DNA of 64,000 nt from Octopus vulgaris (Eukaryota), in the NCBI GenBank assembly GCA_951406725.2, contig OX597824.1:81592001-81656000 (forward strand), in the 5' to 3' direction. The translations under genes were made by a program, and so were the position numbers. The notes beneath the pieces are model-generated. The model was given only the letters and a program-made list of their open reading frames with translations. It was not told the DNA's origin and searched no databases. Below, piece by piece: positions 12,190 through 24,845 of the stretch. Position 1 is the first letter of the stretch; every line of letters begins with the position of its first letter.

Positions 12190-12590
12190 AAATTCCGCCG
12201 AGGTCGACTTTGCCTTTCATCCTTTCGGGGTCGATTATTTCTTTACTGCCTACAAGGGGCTACACACAGAGGGGACAAACAAGGGCAGACAAACGGATTA
12301 AGTCGATTATATCGACCCCAGTGCTTAAATGGTACTTAATTTATCGACCCCGAAAAGATGAAAGGCAAAGTCAACCTCGGCGGAATTTGAACTCAGAACG
12401 TAACGGCAGACGAAATACCGCTATGCATTTCGCCTGGCGTGCTAACGTTTCTGCCAGCTCGCCGCCTTTCGGGGTCGATTAAATAAGTTCCAGTTCCACA
12501 GTGGGGTCTATGTAATCGACTTAATCCTTTTGTCTGTCCTTGTTTGTCCTTCTATGTTTAGCCACTTCCCACTGTGGGCAATAACGAAAT
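12190..12590. mobile_element. SINE group C (+) interrupted by a full antisense SINE group C copy (~12238-12466) with a TSD
   Basis: CTTTCGGGGTCGATTA occurs on both sides of the minus-strand copy (~12222-12237 and ~12466-12481). Confidence 0.88.
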
Positions 12591-13566
12591 ATATATTTGA
12601 TGAATAACTTCTATCAAAGTTCGAAGAATAAAAAGCTGAATCTACCTTGGAAGGATTCGAACTCAGACTGTAAAACAGTATAATAGAAATTACATTCTAT
12701 TGAACTGTCTGACAACATTAATAACTTGAAGCTGCTAATATTAATCTTTCCTATCATTAACGGAGAGCCAGATATTTTAGATATCATCAAGTTCATTAAC
12801 TAATTACACCCCGATTGATAACTTATTGTATCAATATTGTAAAGAAAGAAGGCAAAGTCCACCTTGGCTAGAATTGAACTCAGGACCTAAAGGAATGTAA
12901 CATAAAACCTGAAAGACTATCGTCCCACGTTCTATGAAATCTACCTCCCACCCCTACTTCTAATGATATTTTCTAAAATTGGCAAAAGGCTATAATTTTT
13001 ATAGAGGTGACAAAGGAAATTAGTTCACCCAAATCTTGGGTAGCTCTACATTTCATTGACCCTGGAAATGTTAAAAGGTCAACACGACCTGATCGAGGTT
13101 TGAACCGAAAATAGACGTAACTAAATATCAAAAGTTAGTTTGTCCTGAACTAATGCAAATTTTACATGAACCCCACCATAATGATGATGATGATGATAAT
13201 AATATTAATAATGATGATGACGATGAGCAACTGCAAATGTCTTTCTGTTATAATGATTCCCCAGCTCCATTTTAGGTAACATATTTCATAATTTTAAGTT
13301 CCTTTCTAGCACCGCCCCAAATAAAATATTTTCTCAATGAAATTGACGTATCAAAACGAAAGAACACACAAGTACACACAGAGCCACTATGTGGTCATAT
13401 TTCTTGCAAGAAATATCAATGAAGTTACCTTCGAATATAACTTTATTGAAGTTATGAAAGGATGGTGAATTGAGTAATATAGACCAAGATATCCACCTAA
13501 AACAACAAAAAATATTCATTGATAATCATAGATCTGAATGAACAATCACGACTGAGGGTGAGATGC

Positions 13567-13608
<42 letters not shown>

Positions 13609-13610
13609 AA

Positions 13611-13838
13611 AGGCGGCGAGCTGGCAGAAACGTTAGCACGCCGGGCGAAATGCGTTGCCGTATTTCGTCTGCCGTTGCGTTCCGAGTTCAAATTCCGCCG
13701 AGGTCGACTTCGCCTTTCATCCTTCCGGGGTCGATAAATTAAGTACCAGTTACGCACTGGGGTCGATGTAATCGACTTAATCCGTTTGTCTGTCCTTGTT
13801 TGTCTCCTCTGTGTTTAGCCCCTTGTGGGTAGTAAAGA

Positions 13839-13842
<4 letters not shown>
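13611..13842 (+). mobile_element. SINE group C, full length, within (TA)n
   Basis: Complete head (TGGCAGAAACG, GAGTTCAAATTCC), central GCCTTTCATCCTTCCGGGGTCGATAAATTAAGTACC resembling the Meta/MESC SINE domain, and AAGAAATA tail. Confidence 0.93.
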
Positions 13843-13870
<28 letters not shown>

Positions 13871-14099
13871 TATATATACAACCCGTCTTCTGTGTCCTAT
13901 GGTAGGGATTCTATAGCTACCTACTAGCTCATGTTCAATAGCGGACCAAATGCCCGGGGGCAAGGAAAGTGCTAATGCTGGCATCATGACCAGGTCTTGA
14001 AGGCCATAAAGATGCCACTTTCCGCCATATTTCCTATTTTAAGCACCACAGCCTAATGAAAAATAGTTACTTTTGTCGAGGTTGGGGTGGAGCCAATTA

Positions 14100-14450
14100 G
14101 CAAGGGCACATTGACAGGGAACTGAAAGTCGATAGGGTAAAGGAACTGAAGTTCACAGTAGCTGTTGTTTCAAAAGGCCAGACATTATATTGATCACCGA
14201 ATCATTCGAATAGGTAGCTTCGTTAAACCTCTCATTGCTTATGGGCACCGTATTGAAGAGGAAAACGATTGGAGGAAATCGAAATAGCGTCAAAGATTTT
14301 AATTGTCAAAATAATGGGCGGTTCTTCTTCGGGGCCCATAACCTGCTGGGTATTACGGGGGCCAGTTATCGGAAGACCATCAAATTAGGAACGGAGGTAG
14401 GAATGGTTACTTCAAGCCATGAATGGGGAAGGATTAATAGGACTTAAGTT
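14100..14450 (+). pseudogene. Possible decayed LINE AP-endonuclease fragment
   Basis: RPDIILITES at 14175-14204 resembles the APE motif PDII.ITETW; the rest is unrecognisable and the boundaries are uncertain. Confidence 0.3.
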
Positions 14451-15231
14451 GGGCATTGATCAACCTTGACTGGATCACCTGGTGTCTGAGTGTAAAAGAC
14501 TAGAAACACAAAATGAACCCAGGCTAGCATTACTGATAACCGCCTGAGATGATTTTGAGATTGCACTGTCTCTGTAAATATACATCAAACTACTTTTATA
14601 TCTGTAAAATATACATTATATACATCAAGAATGTATATTTTTCGTGCAAATTCTACGAATAGAGTTTAATATATCTAATGTTTGTCTTAAGTGTTTGGTC
14701 GCAAAAGACCATACTCGATGTATTTAACAAATATTTAATTATATAATTATGCTTTATTATAAGAGCATCGTAATACCTATATATTTTGATTTATCTGGAA
14801 GGAAATTGTTTATAGTGCATATTAAATCATAATGTCCACTGATTTTCGTTTACTGATATCGTTCGTAGAATTGTGCAAGAAAAATAAACTCTTATATTTC
14901 ATATTTCGAGATTTATTTATAATTTACAGCTGCATTCTCGATACGGCTCAAATATGATGCTGCATTTTTCTGCAGAACAGCGACGAGAGATCTGAATTCA
15001 CCCTTCAGCATAAGAATTACACCACAGGATTTCTGTGTTCCCTCCGAGTGTATATCACTTGTTTTAGTATATAATAGTATTTATAATAGTATTAATATTG
15101 TTTGTTTTATCTATAATTTTTTTGATTTTTATTCCTAGTTCTCCTAGTTTAATTTTAGGGTGAAATGGGTTAGGATTAGTATCATTTTGTTTAGATATTT
15201 ATTATCAAAAAATAAGTCATTGAGTGTAGCT

Positions 15232-15476
15232 ATTCTTTTATTCTTTTATTTGTTTCAGTCATTTTGACTGTGGTCATGCTGGAGCACCGCCTTTAGTCGA
15301 GCAAATCGAACCCAGGAATTATTCTTTGTAAGCCTAGTACTTATTATATCGGTCTCTTTTGCCGAACTGCTAAGTTACGGGGACGTAAACACACCAGCAT
15401 CGGTTGTCAAGCGATGTTGGAGTGGGGTGGACAAACACAGACACACAAACATATAAATACATACATATATATATAC

Positions 15477-15526
<50 letters not shown>

Positions 15527-15688
15527 GTACGACGGGCTTCTTTCAGTTTCCGTCTACCAAATCCACTCACAAGGCTTTGGTCGGCCCGAGGCTATAGTAG
15601 AAGACACTTGCCCAAGGTGCTACGCAGTGGGACTGAACCCGGAACCATGTGGTCGGTAAGCAAGCTACTTACCACACAGCCACTCCTG
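15232..15688 (-). mobile_element. SINE group B, near full length
   Basis: Reverse complement of 8238-8652. Confidence 0.92.
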
Positions 15689-16492
15689 TATATTAACAGT
15701 ATTAATAAATCGAGTTGGGGGGATTGCTTTATTTTGGCTAGAATTAGGATTATGTCATTGAAATTATTAATGTATTTAATATTTTTAATTTATTGATGTT
15801 TGTATAATTTTTGTGGTTATTGCTGGAATGAGTAAAAGAAACTAAGAGCACTTTGTTTGACCTCAAAACTCTCTAGGTCTATGTGATAAGCTTCCTATGC
15901 ACGATATCCCCAACCCTTCCATACTATTACATAATTCAGTTCAAATTTCTATATTTTCACCTACGGCTGGAGAAGGCTTCAATTGAAGGTTTGATATAAA
16001 CTCAGCTACCAGCAGCTCCTACGTGTTCCTTGCAGATAATGCATAATCTTATTAATATACTTTTGTCTTGAGTCGAATACAATTCAGTTACAACAGTGTA
16101 ACAATGCATAGAGTTATATTGCCCAAAGCCATTCTCAGTAGGTGAATTGCGCAAAGGAAAGTGTATATCGAAATTTGACAAATATACGTGTATGCATATG
16201 TATACTACGGTCCGTATGCGTGTGTATGTGAGTATGTGTAAGGGGATAAAATGAACTAAAATATTTGATTTGTCGGATTTCCTTTAAGCATTAATGACCC
16301 ACCTTGACTAGTACCTACAAGCCGTATTCATAATAGGGAGGTAAAGAATTTAATGCGGGTATTGTATGGTTTTGGATGTGACATACCTTTGTTTCATAGC
16401 TGAAACTAATGCGCATGCGTATGTCTGTATGGGCTCATATACGTCGGTGTGTATGCAATTGTATATGCGTTTGTGTGGGTTTTCCTGCGTGT

Positions 16493-16539
<47 letters not shown>

Positions 16540-16740
16540 TATATATATGTTTATATATTTATATATATACTTTATTTAAAAGCAGTAGAAATATAACAAA
16601 AAGAAATATATACAGTAGAAATATAACTCTGAGTAACAGCTTTTGTTATATTTCTGCTGCTTTTAAATAAAGCATATTACTCTACCTCTGGTATTTGAGT
16701 ACTCTTTTTCCACCTTGTTTCACATTTATGTGCTTACTCC

Positions 16741-16818
<78 letters not shown>

Positions 16819-17066
16819 GTACGTATGTATGTGTGTAAAAGCCTGTATCTACCTACGTCTCTCTGTAGATGTGTCAGTGTATGTTTATGTGTGTGTGTGT
16901 GTGTGTGTGTGTTTGTGTGTGTGTGGTGTATAAGCATATATTTATATTTGTAAGTATTACATATCCCGGAATACAAGAATATGAGCGAGGATGCGTGCCT
17001 GCACGTCTTTGTTTGAAGGGAAATGGTGGTGGATGGCGAAGAGAGGAAGGAAGAAAACAAAAAAAA

Positions 17067-17098
<32 letters not shown>

Positions 17099-17384
17099 AA
17101 AGAAGAAAGACAGACAGACAGACAGACAGAAAGCAAGAAATGCCAAAATATGAAGGAAGGAAGTAAGAAGAAAACCAGGAAGTACGAAAGACAGAAGGAA
17201 AGAACAATACAAGTAGGATAAACAAATTGTCAGACCAAGGAGGGATTTTGAAATCCTGGTGCAACGTTTGAAGGGCTTTTTTCACTACCACCTCCCTTGC
17301 ACCCCGCACACATTCTTATCTGCACTGTTATCTGTACGTCATGTGCATTACAACAACTGCAGATGCAATTAAACTACATATACA

Positions 17385-17393
17385 TGCTTATAC

Positions 17394-17451
<58 letters not shown>

Positions 17452-17563
17452 GTATATATATGTATATATACATATATGTATATATATATACATATATATG
17501 TATATATACATATATATATATACATATATATACATATATATATACATAGATATATATATATAC

Positions 17564-17610
<47 letters not shown>

Positions 17611-17615
17611 TATAC

Positions 17616-17670
<55 letters not shown>

Positions 17671-17752
17671 ATATATACATATATATATATATATGTATAT
17701 ATGTATATATGTATATATATGTATATATGTATATATATATATGTATATATAC

Positions 17753-17807
<55 letters not shown>

Positions 17808-17810
17808 TAC

Positions 17811-17856
<46 letters not shown>

Positions 17857-17867
17857 TATGTATATTT

Positions 17868-17919
<52 letters not shown>

Positions 17920-18648
17920 TACATGCATACATATATGGACAGGTATATATATATGTATGTATATATATTTATATAGACATGTAGACATACAGGTTATATG
18001 TATATGCAAATACATACATATATACATGCACACGCACGCGTGCATGTATGCTAATGCATGCATCTATATGATTCCTGTATAGTGCACGATTTTTTGCGAG
18101 GTAGGACTGCATGTTGTCGTTTTGCAAGCAGATGCAATGCATCTTAAAAGCTATCTGCATTTCGTCAACATTTTAGCAATGTTGCAAAAGACTGCGCTTG
18201 CTGTTGCACATTAGCTGCACATTGAGTCATTGTCTTCTTCTATGACTCATAATGCATCGTGGCAAGCTGCCCTTAAACGATACTTCAAGATTAGGGCTAC
18301 GTGCAGATTTTAGCAGCTGCATCATAAACACAAGCCTTCTTTGTGTTGCACATACATACACACATAGGTATATTCATACATACATATATGCAAACATACA
18401 TACATACATACATACATACATACAAATGCACATACGCGCTCACATATCAGCAGCTTTATGTGCAGACATCTACATATATACATGCAAACCATACATAGAA
18501 ACCATACATACATACATACATACATACATGCCTACATACTTACATATATACATACCTGCATGCATACATACTTACATATATACATACATACATACATGTC
18601 TACATACTTACATATATACATACATGTATACATACATACATACATACA

Positions 18649-18679
<31 letters not shown>

Positions 18680-19020
18680 GTATGTGTGCTTTACGTGCGT
18701 GTATATCGAAATTATATATGCCTTCATATATATATATATATATTTATGTATATATGTATATGTATATATGTACGTGCGTGTGCATATACAAATGCATGTA
18801 TGAATAAGCATATGCGGTACTTATTGGTGCATGTGTGAATGTGGGTCTCTCTCCTCATATATATATGTATGTATGTATGTATGTATATATATATATGTAT
18901 ATATGTACTTGTGTGTGCATATATAAATGCATATATGAATAAGAATATAAGGTAATTATTGGTGCTTGTGTGAATGTGTGTCTCTCATATGTATGTGTAT
19001 ATATATATATATATCGGTGT
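17385..19020. repeat. Compound (TA)n/(TACA)n/(CATA)n low-complexity block with a unique island at ~18080-18345
   Basis: Directly visible; source of the YIYI/HTYI ORFs. Confidence 0.93.
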
Positions 19021-19817
19021 ACGTGTATACGTGAATGCATGCATGCTGCACACTTCTTTGCCTTGCTTGCTGCACTCATAAAATAAGGAAGACAGAGATT
19101 GCTGCATATCTCGTTGTGCAGCACTTTGTTTGACCTCAAAACTCTCTAGGTCTATGTGATATGCTTGCAACGTACGATATCCCCACCAACCTTTCCATAC
19201 TTATTACATAATACGCGCACTCTCACCATTCGCCATTGCCGCCGCCATCGCCAGGCGTGCGTCCGCCGCTCGCTGCTGCAACATTTCAAGCCCCCTTCTG
19301 CTGCCTGCACTCCCCGCTGCACCACCATTCCCCCCTCCCTCCACCGATCTTGCTGCATCTCAATGAATAAAAGCTAATAATCGTGTAATAAAGAAGCAGT
19401 TAAATATATAAATATATTAGTCTAGTTCTATCGCGTTTCCATCATAGATGATGGCGTGATGCTTCCTTTCAGTTATTCCCTCAGCAGTAGCAGCAACATC
19501 AATAACTACCACAACAACAACAACAACAACAATCAACCAGCAACCCCAGCAACCGCCACCCTCCTCCTGAAAAATAAAAAAAATACCTCCCACTTAATCA
19601 TTAAAATAACATTTAGTGGAGGATATTGCCCTTTGAATATAAAAAGGGGGGAAAAAATCAAACAAATGAATAAAATGGGGAGTCAGCCAGATTTACAATT
19701 GTTGTAAAAAGTTTGTTTTTTTAGTTTATTGGTGTTCATCCATAAATACCGGCTCCTTCCTTGGTCAGTTCCTAATCGATTGAAACATTATCTAACATTA
19801 CTCATATGCCCCAGGTT

Positions 19818-19877
<60 letters not shown>

Positions 19878-19878
<1 letters not shown>

Positions 19879-20178
19879 TAGCAGTATCGCCCGGCGTTGC
19901 TCGGGTTTGTAAGGGAAATAACAATATAAGCATTTTTAGAGAGTTACTTCATTTATATAATAGCAAAAAAATGCATTAAAAATGGGAAAAATGATCGTAA
20001 TTTTTTTTTAAATCGTAGATTCATCGTAGACGCGCGCTAATACCCAGAAGGGCTCGATATGAATCACGACTATAAGATACCCGCTTTTGGTTAAACTGCA
20101 CCGCAAAATGTGGAAGTAGTTAGGAATCTAAATCGTAGGAGACAGACACTCACACAACTTCACTTTTATATATAAAGA
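19878..20178 (-). mobile_element. Non-autonomous Helitron (301 bp)
   Basis: Minus strand starts TC(TTTATATATAAAAG) and ends CCCG-AGCAACGC-CGGG hairpin...CTAG; sits between A and T with no TSD. Confidence 0.88.
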
Positions 20179-20180
20179 TG

Positions 20181-20291
<111 letters not shown>

Positions 20292-20294
20292 AGT

Positions 20295-20639
20295 GGAGAC
20301 GCATGGGTCAGTGGTTAGAGCGTTGAGCTTACAATCGCGAGGTTGTGTGTTCGATTCCCGGACTGGACTGCGTGTTGTGTTCTCTCTCGGAACAAGACAC
20401 TTTATTTCGCATTGCTCCAGTTCACTCAGCTGTAGAAATGAGTTGCGACGTCACAGGTGCCAAACTGTATCGGCCCCTTTGCCTTTTGCCTTTCCTTTGG
20501 ATAACACCGGTGGTGTGGAGAGGGGAGGCTGGTATGCATGAGCGACTGCTGGTCTTCCATAAACAACCTAGCCCGGACCTGTGCCTGGGAAGGTAACTTT
20601 CTAGATGCAATCCCATGGTCAGTCATGACCGAAGGGGGT
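20295..20639 (+). mobile_element. SINE with group A-type tRNA head and an alternative tail (...GACCGAAGGGGGT)
   Basis: Head TGGGTCAGTGGTTAG / GTTCGATTCCC; body and tail match the reverse complement of 25765-26098. Confidence 0.85.
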
Positions 20640-21022
20640 AGTGGGTAGCGATTTTCTTCACTACTTCAAGGAGAGACGACCCTGAGCTGGCTCCGGATGA
20701 CAGTACCCGGTATGGGCTCCTATCCAGGGTTACGAAAAAGAGACAACCTTCAAAGAAATCCGGAGAGGAGCCCCGTAGGCGGTTTAGTGTCCGACTCAAG
20801 GTCGAGAGAGGAATCTGAACGATTGGGCTATCCAGGACATTCTTACATCTAGCCCAGGCATGCGCAAAACTGGAGAGTATACTTCAGTGACATCTGCGTC
20901 ACCTGCCAGGGCGAGTGTTTGTCCAGGATAGGACTACACGGCCACAGCAGGAGATGTAGAAACCAGACTGTACTATTTTTTGCGCAACTCTATAGTCCCC
21001 CGAGACAACAGGATGCCAACAA
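20640..21022 (+). mobile_element. Internally deleted RTE-clade LINE derivative (5' UTR-like part fused to the ORF C-terminus and 3' end)
   Basis: 20895-20957 encodes CVTCQGECLSRIGLHGHSRRC, the RTE C-terminal C..C...C.SRIGL..H.R.C motif. Upstream AAATCCGGAGAGGAGCCCCGTAGGCGG resembles RTE 5' UTRs (from memory). Confidence 0.7.
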
Positions 21023-21133
21023 TATATATTTACATATATACATGCTGAACGCTAAATCCACAAGTTTTTAAAATTCTCTCTTTTATATTCTCTCTCGGTT
21101 TATTTCTCACCTTCCCGGGCGTCAAACTTATAC

Positions 21134-21216
21134 ACCTGTTTGTTGTTTACACACCTGTCTTCATTTTTTTCTGTAAATTTCTACTATATATATATATATA
21201 TATATATATAGTAGAA

Positions 21217-21256
<40 letters not shown>

Positions 21257-21303
21257 GAAATTTACAGAAAAAAATGAAGACAGGTGTGTAAACAACAAAC
21301 AGG

Positions 21304-21304
<1 letters not shown>
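21134..21304. repeat. Perfect ~52-bp inverted repeat around (TA)n
   Basis: 21134-21185 is the reverse complement of 21253-21304; the arm is related to 35797-35960. Confidence 0.9.
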
Positions 21305-21338
<34 letters not shown>

Positions 21339-21579
21339 ATACGTATATAACATAACCTCTTAAAAACGCTGATGCGTTTGTCTAGCTGACATATGTTATG
21401 CATGTGGTCGACTGATCTGCAGGTGAGATTCCTGAACACTCTATATTTCCGGATATGCCATTCCTCTGTTTTCCTAAAGCATCACATAACACGTTCTGAT
21501 GTACAATACCTGTCTGTATTCGGTGCAATGTTTGGTAAATGTATATGGTCGCCCAGAATCTAGGTGTGATCAGTAACTA

Positions 21580-21894
21580 GCACTCCGTCGGTTACGACGA
21601 CAAGGGTTCCAGTTAATCCGATCAACGGAAACGCCTGCTCGTGAAATTAACTTGCAAGTGGCAATCTACAGACACATGTACCTTAATGTAGTTCTCGGGG
21701 AGATTCAGCATGACACAGAACGTGATAAAGCTGGCCATTTGCATTACAAGTACAACTCATTTTTGCCAGCTGCGTGGACTGGAGTACGGTGAAATAAAGT
21801 GTCTTGCTCAAGGACACAACGCGTCGCCGGGAATCGAACTCACGACTTTACGATCGTAAGCCGAATACCTTAACCGCTAAGCCACATGCCTTCA
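21580..21894 (-). mobile_element. SINE group A mosaic (CORE-like middle, GTAACCGACGGAGTGC tail)
   Basis: Tail is shared with the 11458 copy; middle TTGAGCAAGACACTTTATTTCAC is shared with the 25765 copy. Confidence 0.82.
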
Positions 21895-21976
21895 TACTGT
21901 GCTCTTACTGATCATCACAAACACATTCTGATGTGCAATAAGTGTCTGCTTCCGGAGTATTTCTTCAGTCTTACTA

Positions 21977-22521
21977 CAGAGTGGTCGCTAGAAAAGCGGA
22001 AAATTCGTGAAATTTATTTGAGGTAAATAATAAGCGTCACAAAGCGTGATATAGTTACACTCACGAATGTTCAAAATCTCTTCCGTGCACTTCGTGACAG
22101 CGTTTTAATCGAGAGATACAAACATGCAATTGCATTTTGAAGTGTAACTTGAACGATGTTGTCATTCCAAGCTTTTATCAAGCACGTTTCCAATTCATCG
22201 ATGACGGTTACGTGGCATCGATATTTCTGTATCTCTGCTAATAATAAGCTCCAGGCACAATAATCCATCACATTTAAGTCCTGACTCTTTGAAGGCCAAT
22301 CTTCAAGTGCAATAAAGTCAGGGTGAGATTGCTGGAGCAAATGTACTCTAGCCCTGGCAGTGTGAGGCTTTGCACCATTCCCAGAACCTTGTTATGATTA
22401 CACACTCATTCGATAACAAACACGACGAATTAGAAACCACCTATTACACAGTTTATGGATGATCTAATTAATGCTTCTTAGTTTTGCCTTCAAATTTTCC
22501 GCTTTTCTAGCGACCACCCTG
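21977..22521 (-). mobile_element. Internally deleted Tc1/mariner element with ~29-bp TIRs and a transposase remnant
   Basis: TIR CAG(A/G)GTGGTCGCTAGAAAAGCGGAAAATT at both ends, with TA on the left. Internal minus-strand GAKPHTA...WPSKSQDLNVMDYCAWS...L.KAW (ORF 22071-22340). Confidence 0.88.
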
Positions 22522-23729
22522 CATATCGAATTTTCTCCCTTCAATCCAGTCTGTTACCTACGACTGGAGATTTCGAAGATGGCCTCAGTTCAAACGAGTA
22601 ACATTAAATCGAGGATCGATTCTGACTGCTCGTTCTTGCATAGTATCCGTTACATAAATCTGTATCGTTCAATTTAAAATATTAATTGGTTATTTTTACA
22701 CTATTTCACATTTAAAGGCAGTGGATTTGCAGAATCGTTAGAGAGTTGGGAAAATACTTTATCTTTGTCTTTCATCCCTCCAAGCTTTGCCTTTCATCTC
22801 TCCGTCAACCCTAGCCCACCCCCGGGATTGATGGTATCGACTAATCTCATTCTCCCTAAAATGGCCGGCCTTTCCTCAATGAAGAAAAGAACATATTTCG
22901 CATTTACAAACGACATATTTTCTAGCGTATGGAAGCTCGTTTCGATACGATTAACCGATATTCATTGATTTTTTTTTCACTGGATCCAGTCATTCATCAG
23001 CGTCCATGCTAGATCTCTGCCTTGAAAGAGGAGGATTTATCGACTCAAAGACCCTTTTTTTTTTAGCCTGGTATCATGTTGTCGATACAGTTATTTATCG
23101 ATTGCTTCTGAGGATATAACTCAACGCAGCAAATGACGCTGGTACATAGAAACAGAAATATGCAAATATATATGAGTTTATGTGTGTATGAGTGTGTGAT
23201 TCTGTATATTATAGAATGAAGCATGGGTGAGCGATAAAGAAGTTCTCGGGTTTTATCTTATCAATGGTAAATGGTGGTTGTTGTGTTGGATGTGTTGCTA
23301 CACACAATGCCACCAAATTTCAAGCAGCGGTGTAATAATCATTTTCCACAAAGTTTTGTGTGTAATTTAATGAATAAAATTAATATCTATAATGAATCTG
23401 CCCGTTAATATATGGGCCATTGCAACCAAGGATGACACTAACGGGCATTGGTTGTGATATCGAGCCTTTATTTGCTTTTACGTTCGTGAGGCAATATAAT
23501 AACATATTGGCGGATGGGATTAGCATAGACTTCCAAATTTTCATGACTCGCTTAAGGCCACGAAGCCATTCCGGAGCTCTACTCTATTGTTGATGCAGAA
23601 ACTAATGATATAACTAAGAGTACAACGCAGACGGACGGTTTCTGCTCAGATGTTATACAAGTAGCTGTAAAAGATGCTTGAGTGTTTCTGTCTCGATGAA
23701 CATGAAAAGAATGGGTTGGAAATGGATGT

Positions 23730-24111
23730 GGAAGCACTCCGTCGGTTACGACGACGAGGGTTCCGGTTGATCCGATCAACGGAACAGCCTGCTCGTGAAA
23801 TTAACGTGTAAGTGGCTGAGCACTCCACAGACACGTGTACCCTTAACGTAGTTCTTGGGGATATTCAGCGTGACACAGAGAGTGACAAGGCCGGCCCTTT
23901 GAAATACAGGTACAACAGAAACAGGAAGTAAGAGTGAGAGAAAGTTGTGGTGAAAGAGTACAGCAGGGATCACCACCATCCCCTTCCGGAGCCTCGTGGA
24001 GCTTTTAGGTGTTTTCGCTCAATAAACACTCACAACGCCCGGTCTGGGAATCGAAATCGCGATCCTACGACCGCGAGTCCGCTGCCCTAACCACTGGGCC
24101 ATTGCGCCTCC
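23730..24111 (-). mobile_element. SINE group A, full length
   Basis: Reverse complement of 11458-11837. Confidence 0.93.
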
Positions 24112-24448
24112 ACGTGTTGGAAATAATTACAGCAAAGTCAGGAGGCTACCCTTTTAAATATATTGTCAATCGAAGCTGAAGATTGTCGGTCCAGGAGCTA
24201 ACGAGAAAAGCAAAGGAACTATTTTTCTATTTTCCGGGCCATGGCTAGCAGTGGCAGTCAAAGGCAGATTGAGAAAAGTATGAACCGCAGCAGGAACATC
24301 AGGAAGCAATACTGACTCTGGTTCAGCGTTGGTCGGCTAGTTTGTTTCAACGGTCGTGTCAGAAACATCCATCTGCTAGCTTTTTCCTCTTCCAAACCTA
24401 GCCATAGACCCAACGACATCTAAAAAGAGGAAAAGAAAATGAACGTAA

Positions 24449-24845
24449 TCTTTATATATAAAAGAGAGGTTGTGTGTCTGTCTCCTACGATTTAGATTCC
24501 TAACTACTCCCACATTTTGCGGTGCAGTTTAACCAAAACCGGGTATCTTATAGTCGTGATTCATATCGAGCCCTTCTGGGTATTAGCGCGCGTCTACGAT
24601 GAGTCTACGATTTAAAACAAATTACCATTATTTTTTTCCATTTTAATGCATTTTTTTCGCTATTATATAAGGGAAGTAACTCTCTAAAACTGTCTACGAT
24701 GACTCAACGATTTAAAAAATAATTTACCATAATTTTTTTCCTATTTTTAATGCACTTTTTTGCCAATTTTTGGCAATAACTCTCTAAAAATGCTTATATA
24801 GTTATTTCCCTTACAAACCCGAGCAACGCCGGGCGATACTGCTAG
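24449..24845 (+). mobile_element. Non-autonomous Helitron (397 bp) with an internal ~100-bp duplication
   Basis: A|TCTTTATATATAAAAG ... CCCGAGCAACGCCGGG hairpin (24818-24833) ... CTAG|T; same family as 19878-20178. Confidence 0.9.

Noticed and set aside
17297-18838. YIYI/HTYI ORFs here and throughout the window
   Set aside because: Translations of (TA)n and (CATA)n microsatellites.
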